From NCBI RefSeq assembly GCF_006345805.1, contig NC_042997.1, positions 4,526,001-4,590,000 on the forward strand: DNA of 64,000 bases. The letters are read 5' to 3'. The notes below the pieces were generated by a model. That model saw nothing but the letters and a program-made list of their open reading frames with translations. It had not been told where the DNA came from and made no database searches. The DNA is from Octopus sinensis. Taxonomy: Eukaryota. The translations under genes were made by a program, and so were the position numbers. Numbering within the stretch: the first letter of the stretch is position 1; every line of letters starts with the position of its first letter. Positions 55,741 to 64,000 of this stretch are shown here, piece by piece.

Positions 55741-56431
55741 TTAGATTGTTCATATCAATAACTTTATTAATTATAATAATCCTTACGTGGGTGAGGCCAT
55801 GGTCTACCATCAAATTACACATTCAGTCATACATGGTAAACCGAATTGTGCTAATATCTCTTGGGAAGTCAGCTACTGCAGTGTCCAAGTACAGACTTAT
55901 ACCACCTAGAGTGGGGAAAGTTAAATTTGAGTTCATTAAGGTAAATTCTAGAGTTGGGGTAGCGTTGTTCTTAAGCGGGGAGATCTGGTGTGTCTACTTT
56001 AAGTGGAGGTGGATCAATATGCTGGTAGAAGAATTGAGTCCAGATTGCAACAGGTATCAACAAGCTCATCCATGGTATAAAAGGTACAATAAAATACAAT
56101 AAAATAAAGTAAAATAATATTAAAATAAAATTAAAATTAAAATTAAAAAATAAAAATAGCTACCGGGGGTTTTAACATTGGGGCTAAATAACTATGTCCT
56201 CTGTGTTCTCATTTGGTTTCAAGATTGAAATATCTGGCATTCGTTAACAGAGGTTGGTGGGTTAGATTAACGAAAAAAGACTTTATAAGTAAAAGATGTA
56301 GATAGTCGTTATGGGTTGGGAGTAGGATCTAAACTCGGAATTTAGGTGAAGAGATAGGGGTATTGATATAGTAACACATGCAAGAGCCCCGCTATGTCCT
56401 ACAATCAAACTAGCATTATTTAAGTAGTATA

Positions 56432-56464
<33 letters not shown>

Positions 56465-56725
56465 CAGTTTTGGATTTGGTTTGCAAGATTCTTTATATGA
56501 GATCGGGTGTTTACACATATTCTGTTGTGTCTGGAGAGAGTCATTCTCTTTTAGTGCCTTATTATTTAACAAACTCACTGGTAAAATTTCCACTTATTTC
56601 TTATTTTTATTTTCTGAATTGTTCGTTGCGTGTTGCAACCTTTACAATAGTCTAGACTCTGTCCGTTATTTACACTGCCCTCCCTTTCGTTTATTTGTGC
56701 GCATGTGTGTGGGTCAGAGTCAAGA

Positions 56726-56762
56726 CTATTGAGAAGGTTGCAACACGCAACGAAAATTTTAG
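56726..56762 (+). ncRNA. Hammerhead-like motif, U3:A8 core (second family)
   Basis: CUA-UUGAGAA-G-GUUGC-aacac-GCAAC-GAAA-AU-UU-UAG. Related copies at ~54570-54608 (-), ~55612-55648 (+) and ~56614-56650 (-). Confidence 0.6.
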
Positions 56763-56803
56763 AAAATAAAAATAAGAATTAAGTGGAAATTTTTTATATA
56801 TAT

Positions 56804-56840
<37 letters not shown>

Positions 56841-57179
56841 GGCCTTCTAATTAATATCAAGGGCTACCATTTCTATGGTGGGGGATTCTTGTTGCTATTT
56901 TGGGGTGGCACAAGTGTTTCGTATGTTATTTATATGTAGTGAAAGTAAACCTACATTTGTGCAGACAAGCTAGGCTTCTCTCTTCTCAACTACCCTCCTC
57001 CCTTATTACATCGATTGTCTAATATTAGCAAGTTCCTTTGTGTAATCCACGTTGCAGGTTTGTAAATAATGGTTTTTGTATGATGAGATACGTAACGTAA
57101 GTTTGTGTAGCGTCGCCCCCATCTAATCTAGAGAGATGCCCCCTGATGTTCGGGATTAAATGGTATAGTTTTTTTATTG

Positions 57180-57362
57180 TTATACTTGTTTCGGTCATGT
57201 GACTGCAGCCATGCGAATAGACCTTTGTAGTCGAAAAGATCGTCCGCCGTTTTATTCTTTGTAATCCTAATACTTGAATCGGTTTGTTTTGCCAAACGGC
57301 TAAGCTACGGGAGCGTAAGCACAGCGACGTCGGTGGTTCAAACGATGGTGGGGGTGCAAACA
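57180..57362 (-). mobile_element. SINE 3' body
   Basis: tacttgtttcggtcatgtgactgcagccatg...; family of 32755. Confidence 0.7.
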
Positions 57363-57626
57363 CACACACTCTCACGCACACTTACACGCACACACATATA
57401 TATATATGTGTATATATGTATGGTATACATATAGATATATGTATAAACATACATATATATATATGTAAATATAAATATAGGTATATACATGCATATAACA
57501 TATATATATATATAAATACTACATATACATAAGCGTAAATATATACATGTATATATACTTATATATATTTATATATATACATGTATATATCCATATATGT
57601 ATGTATATATGTATATATACACATAC

Positions 57627-57688
<62 letters not shown>

Positions 57689-57759
57689 GTGTGCAGACGT
57701 GCAAGCACAAGTATATGCATACGTACATATATCTCTATATATATCTATCTAACTATATT

Positions 57760-57810
<51 letters not shown>

Positions 57811-57839
57811 ATATATATATATACTTATATAATATAGAT

Positions 57840-58074
57840 ATTATATCTTCACCTTTGATACATAATACCGAAGTAGAAGTAGTTAAAAAGGTCAGAGATT
57901 GCTCAGGACTCACATTAACCAAGAAGTTGAACACATTTTTGTCCCATGACTCTGCAAGGAATCTAAGTAATGCTTACGTAAAATTTGAATGAAATCGGTA
58001 GTGTTCTCTAGTTTTACTGATGCGCACATACAGACACACAGACAGACATATTCTTAGTTTTATATATTTATAGA
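57840..58074 (-). mobile_element. Helitron-like non-autonomous 5' end
   Basis: Reverse complement homologous to 50907-51000. Confidence 0.55.
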
Positions 58075-60639
58075 TGTCTTACATTGAGAGGAAATTTTAG
58101 CATTAGTCTGTTACTTATATAGTACATTTGGGTAATGGTTGGATGTCGTTTTCTTTCGTACATGATCTTCTTCAGCGTTTTGGCTGCCTGTGACCAACAC
58201 AGAAACCGCCATCGCTAGCATTATTTCACGGCGAAAATATTTGAGTAAAACAGTATAACTGCAGAAGCAAATAATTAGCGAAGAAATACACGATGACAGT
58301 TTTAAAATACTCAATGACATTTTTAAAATGTAGGAAAATATAAAAGTAAACAAGTCTAAAGCACAACAGAATATAACTATCTGATATTTTAATGGCGATA
58401 TTAAAAAAATGGAAAATATGAAAAATTATAACAAGAATATATATTCCAAATGAAATATACTGTAGTGCAGAGATAGAAAATGTTAATTGACTAAACTCAA
58501 TCTTAGTTACGCATAAATATTTTCATATTCGCAATATGGTTCCCATGTAATTAATATGAAATTTTGTTTTATGATTATTTCATATTTATTAGTATTACGT
58601 TACAATTTGCTAATAAATGCACATATATTCAAAGGGCAAATTCAAAATATATTATTCTTTTCTATACGGGGATATATTTGTATATGTCTGTACAGACGTG
58701 TGTGATATATTTGTATATATTTGTGTATATGAGAAATATGTATTGATAAATTTTGCTTCACTGAAAACGAAATTTTTGTGAAATGCCACCCGATAATGAA
58801 AGATCAAACATTTCAATAGCGTAATTAATCAACGTTTATTAATTAACTTTTCTGTGTTGTCTTCTCTATGGTAGTTGCGCATATTCTGGAATGGATAATA
58901 ATTATCTTCTCATTAACCATGACCATAAATTTCTCTAACAATTTTTCTTTTACCAATACATTTATAACGTATGTACTATTAGCTGCTCTAGCATCATGCC
59001 TCAGGTATTTAATCCTATAACATTTTTTGCAGAAATCAATCAAATATTTATCCTGAAATCAATCAAATATCAAGTAGTTATTTCCGACTGTGATACGATG
59101 AAGAGTTCTAATAAGATCCCACCTTGTCTGGAGTTGACGCTTTATTGTCACTAATCAGAATCATTGCACAATAAATACTATATTCCATTAACTATAATTA
59201 ACTTAATCTTTGAAGTTTTCAACTCTTTTTTTCACACGAAATAAACTTTCATAATACTTCTTTATTTGGTCTCCAAAAATATAATTTCAATTAACTAATG
59301 AACGCTACTCAGTAGATTAAGTATATTAGCACCAGCGTAGTAGTTATGCTAGAATCGATGTGCGTGAATGCATATATATAATTGTATTTTTTCTTTTGTT
59401 CGAATGTGGGTTCTACGTTGCACCATGACATATTGTTTCCAATAATTTTATTAAAAACACACGCTTTTGATATTTAAAAGTTGAATAGGTTTACGTGTTC
59501 ATGATTTCCAGACGTTCCGTTATGTCCACCAATCCTGTTGATTCTCTAAACACGTTATCCAGTATATTGAATATAAATATAAATATGTATTACAGATGCG
59601 CTTAGCAATTATTATTTTACCGACGTGCTACATGTACGACGATCTAAAATAAAGGAATCTATACAAACACCATTTTCAATTGTATCAGTGTTACCGTGTG
59701 CACTGTAGGGAACAACTAGCATCAAGTTGGAATGAAATACGCAATTCTAATTTTTAAGTGTTCAATTGAATGAGAAATTGTTTTACGGTGGGAACTAGAC
59801 TAAAGAAAACTTTAATATTCAAGAATCTACTATTCAACAAATAAAAAACAATATAATTACTATTAGAACTTGAAGTTTAATTGAAGGAACTTTTATGAGT
59901 TTTTAGTTTAGGCAGTTTGTATTCTCATCATGTTGGACACCAGCTAGTTGATATCAAAGAATGGAGACTATCCAAGGTAGTAAAAAGGAACTTGGAAGTA
60001 TAAAATTCACTTTGGTGCTTGTGTATATATAAAGGTCAGAACAAAACAACATGTCAAGTGAAAGGAATGGAACCAAAAAGATATATTTGTGGTTTGAGGG
60101 AGACAACAGACAAGAAAATTGTGTAAACCGATCGACATGCGATGCAAAAATAAATAAATAAATAAATTATATGGTAGGAATGGGAGAATTATGTGAAAAA
60201 TTGCTGGTCATCAAGACGCCTATGATAGTGGTAGGTATAACAAGAATTTTAGACACTATCTTTTCATACTAATTGTTAATTTCATAATTATTTATGAGAG
60301 TAATTATGTTTTGAGTACATATTACATTCTATTTGGTTTAAAGAATTCTTAAAATTTTTAATAAATTTTCGAACCACGTATTATACGTATTGTGGTTGTG
60401 CGGAGCGTTATTAAAAATTTGATTTTTTACTAAAATTCTCATTTATGATGATTATTATAATTCACTTACTGCAATGATAATCAAAATTATGTAACATCGG
60501 TTGCAATAAATTCTATCAATTACAAACATTGCATCGCAAATTTTGCCTTTATTATAGAGTATTCGCAAGTAAATATTATAACCACTTCTCAGGACCTACA
60601 CCATCATCCACACACATACACATGCACACATGCGCACGT

Positions 60640-62840
60640 CAATGTCACAAGACCCCTTCCACACGCACATACACGCTCTCACATACACACGCACGCGTTC
60701 CATCATTTTGGTATCAATATTACTTTATTATCTCCCCTTCTTCCTAGCTCTTTCGTGTGACCCGTCTGTCTGACATTTGCCATAATAGATCGCTACCCAC
60801 TAAACCTTTTTTTAAATTTTCTCTCCCTATATTTTCTGAGTTCCTTTCTAGGATCCAAACATAAAAGATTTTCTCACTTTCCGAGCGTTAAACTAATACA
60901 TCAGTATTTTGTTACACACCCATCTTCGTTTTTTGATTTTTTTTTTGTAAATTCACACAATATATTGAACGCTCTCGTGGTCGTGCCAGTATTATCCTGT
61001 CTCTGCATCCACTTCTAAGACTATTCTACCTGGATTCCCTTCCTGGACTTCCTTCTAATCTCCTACACATGAACTCCTACATTTCGGCTGCACCTTTCCT
61101 ACTTATGAATTACAAAGGACTCTTCCTTTGATGAGAAATTGCTTCAATACACCACGACGTTTGAATCTTTTGTACTTCTCTAAATTTTTTATACTTTCTG
61201 CTTTTTCCTATTGTCGTTTATCTCAATCCGCAATTGTAATCTTGCCTCTGTCTCACTCACTTTCTTTACCCTTTTGTCTTCTATTTTCCCTTTCTTCCCC
61301 ATTCTCTTTGTTTCTTCCTTCTTCCCCCTTCTTTCACTAGTTGTCTTTTTTTCTCCTCCTCCCAACTCTTGTATTTTTCTCCTCATGCTTTTCGCATTTT
61401 TTCTCCCAACCCCTTGGGATTTTTCCTCCTCACGTATTTATTTTCCTTTCTCTCCCCCACCTCTTTTTACTTTTCCTCATTTCTCTCTCTTTTCTTCTCG
61501 TTTTTCAATCATGCCCGATTAGAAACCTTTCCTCTCCCACCTTCACCACCGCCTAAGAAACTATCTTTCCCTCTTCCTTTCCGCTGCTTTCAAACTTCTA
61601 TTAACCTTTCCCTACTAATTAAAAACAAAATCACGGTTCTTTAGCCACCTTTCCTTTCTCAGTTGCTGCCTTCATCACCACCTCATCCTGAAAGGCTTCC
61701 GCTTCCATTTCCACTCCACTTCTCACTCTGCTTCAACCATCCTACCCATACTCCGTACTACATTCTACCACCTTATGCACGCCACCTTTGTTCTAATCTC
61801 TCCAAAATACATATTATCGACAGCCTTCTCCCTCTGACATTTTCCTCTTCTTCTCCTCTCAGTTGCCTTCCAATTTTAACTCTAATTTACATTATATAAT
61901 TCATTTAAATCATCTCTTTCATCAATTCCTCGCTCCCACCAAACCACTTAAGCTCCAATCTCTCCGCCATGTCATCACATCCGATGCCACTACGCCGACT
62001 CCTCCTCTACAAGTGTTCCTCCTCGATACGCTACCCCACCCTCACCAACCCAATCCCTCCCAACCCTCACCCACATACCTCCTTCCTCCCAGCCTTCCAA
62101 CTCCACACCACATTCCTAGTTCTGTCCCATCCACCCATTCCCCACTTCTGTCTGTTGTTACCATTCCCCCAGATCTTCCCCTCTCTGGCATGAACGGTTC
62201 CCTCCTCAGTAAGGGTCTGCACTTCAGCACCCTCACTCCATCCTGCTACGAATTTCGGACTCGTGCCAATATCCACAGCTTTAAGCGCCGCGTTAGGTTG
62301 TGTGCACTTTTCCGCGACACTGCACCTGCATTTAATAAGGAGGACTGCTTCACCGACCTGGGCCGCCAGTTCCAAGCAGTCGATCTGTTTGCTGTGGACC
62401 GGTTTAAAGTTTCCAAGCATCCCCGATATCATTGTCCGCACACCTCGCACTCCCAAAATTTATTTCCTTCCCCGAATCCACAAACCTAACAACCCTGGCC
62501 GCCAGCCCAGTTCCACACGCACATACAGGCTCTCACGTACACGCGCACGTGCACCTTCGTATTGGGATCACCATTAATTTATTATCTACACTACTTTATT
62601 ATCTCCCCTTTTTCCTCCCCCTCCTGTGTGACACATCTTTCTGGCATTCGCCATGATAGATTGCTAGCCACTGAACTTTTTTCTATTTTCTCTCCCTGTT
62701 CATTTCTGTGCGCCTCTCTGTTGAAGAACGTAGGATCGAAACGTTAAAGACTTTCTCAGTTCCCGAGCGCTAAACTAATACATCTGTTTGTTGTTTACAG
62801 ACCCGTCTTCGTCTTGCGTGTTTTTCTAAATTCTCTCTCG
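60640..62840 (+). mobile_element. Internally deleted Penelope-like element between two direct pseudo-LTRs
   Basis: pLTRs at ~60655-60960 and ~62512-62840. ORF remnant LLSKGLHF..YEF..FKRRVRL and KIYFLPRIHKPNNPGR (Penelope RT N-terminal motifs). CUGUUGA HHR at 62714-62749. Confidence 0.85.
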
Positions 62841-63059
62841 CTATGTATATATATATATAATATGTTTTAGTATAAACATCGTATCATGATATTTTCACGT
62901 TACATGATTACATGATGTCATCAAAAGTATCGATTTACGACAAGAATTCCTATGTACCTTGGAGAAAAAAATGGAATTAGTAAGACTCTTTAGTAATCAC
63001 TACGATCATTTTGTTGTGTTGTACTGCAATAAATATCCAGATGTCTCTCGTGAAGTGAC

Positions 63060-63290
63060 TCGTCAAAAGGTTCTACCAAAATAACTTGCAACTAGCTGAG
63101 CATTCCACAGACACACGTAAACTTAACGTGACAAGTGACACAGTGTGACACAGAGTGTGACAAGGCTGGCCTTTTGAAATACAGTTACTATTCAGTTTTG
63201 TCAGCTGAGTGGACTGAAGCAACTTTAAATAAATTGTATTACTCAAGGACTCACGTCGTCGGGAATTGAACGCATGGTCTTATGGTTATA
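63060..63290 (-). mobile_element. SINE
   Basis: gcattccacagacac...cagctgagtggactgaagcaac...tcaaggac...ggaattgaac. Confidence 0.7.
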
Positions 63291-63741
63291 AAATATAAAT
63301 ATATATCACATTCGGTTGTATATTTTGGGGAGTGCGGATGAATATTAGTTATGCAAATACGCTTGATCACGTAGATATTTAATCCTAACACTTGCAAATT
63401 TATAACTTGGAGTACTACACTGAGCAAAATAATAGGTAAATATAATTTGACTTCAATTTGAAACACGTCTGTAGTTACCGAAGTTGTTTGGTTCTTCATT
63501 TTACTTTTTACTTACATAAAATATATGGGTTTTTTCCTGGGAGAGTTTTTATGGTAGTTGAAAATACATCAGTATTTATTTCTAATTCAGTACGTGACGA
63601 GGCACTTAGCTGATCTCTGATTATAATTATGTATATAATTGTAGAATATTTTGTGTAAAGAATTTCCTTTAACGTACTGACTATTTGGTAAAATTATTAA
63701 TTATTAATTAATTAATTAAATAATGAATTAATTTTGCCCTG

Positions 63742-63772
<31 letters not shown>

Positions 63773-64000
63773 GCGGCCTACTTGCAACGTGTTCTCTTAT
63801 GTGTGTTTACACATATTTAAAGAATATTAGGTGTATTATATGGGGCGAGCCAAAATATACTTAGAAACATGTGTGTGTGTACTGTTCTATATATGCGCGG
63901 CCGCAAGTTGGTAAGAAGCGCTACACTCTGGTTACTGCTGAGAAATCCGTCAGGGGGTAGAAAATATTTTATGTGTTCGTAAGTGCGTTTGATCGCGCGG

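Overview
Eukaryotic, very AT-rich, repeat-dense DNA. The SINE families and microsatellite spectrum suggest an octopus/cephalopod genome (inference from recalled consensus sequences, not a search). There is no confidently recognisable intact host gene, and most ORF-track entries are microsatellite artefacts. The window holds decayed CR1-like LINEs, several R4/Dong-type (RLE) LINE ends in (TAA)n tracts, Penelope-like (RT + GIY-YIG) fragments with pseudo-LTRs, Tc1/mariner, hAT and Helitron remnants, and tRNA-derived SINEs. The main discovery is a dense set of minimal type-I hammerhead ribozyme (HHR) motifs from about six unrelated repeat families, several with atypical catalytic cores (U3:A8, U4C, A6U). 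One sits in a ~360-bp retrozyme-like tandem/inverted unit (29.58-30.42 kb); another seems to belong to a tRNA-headed SINE. Several weak minus-strand exon candidates are also noted.
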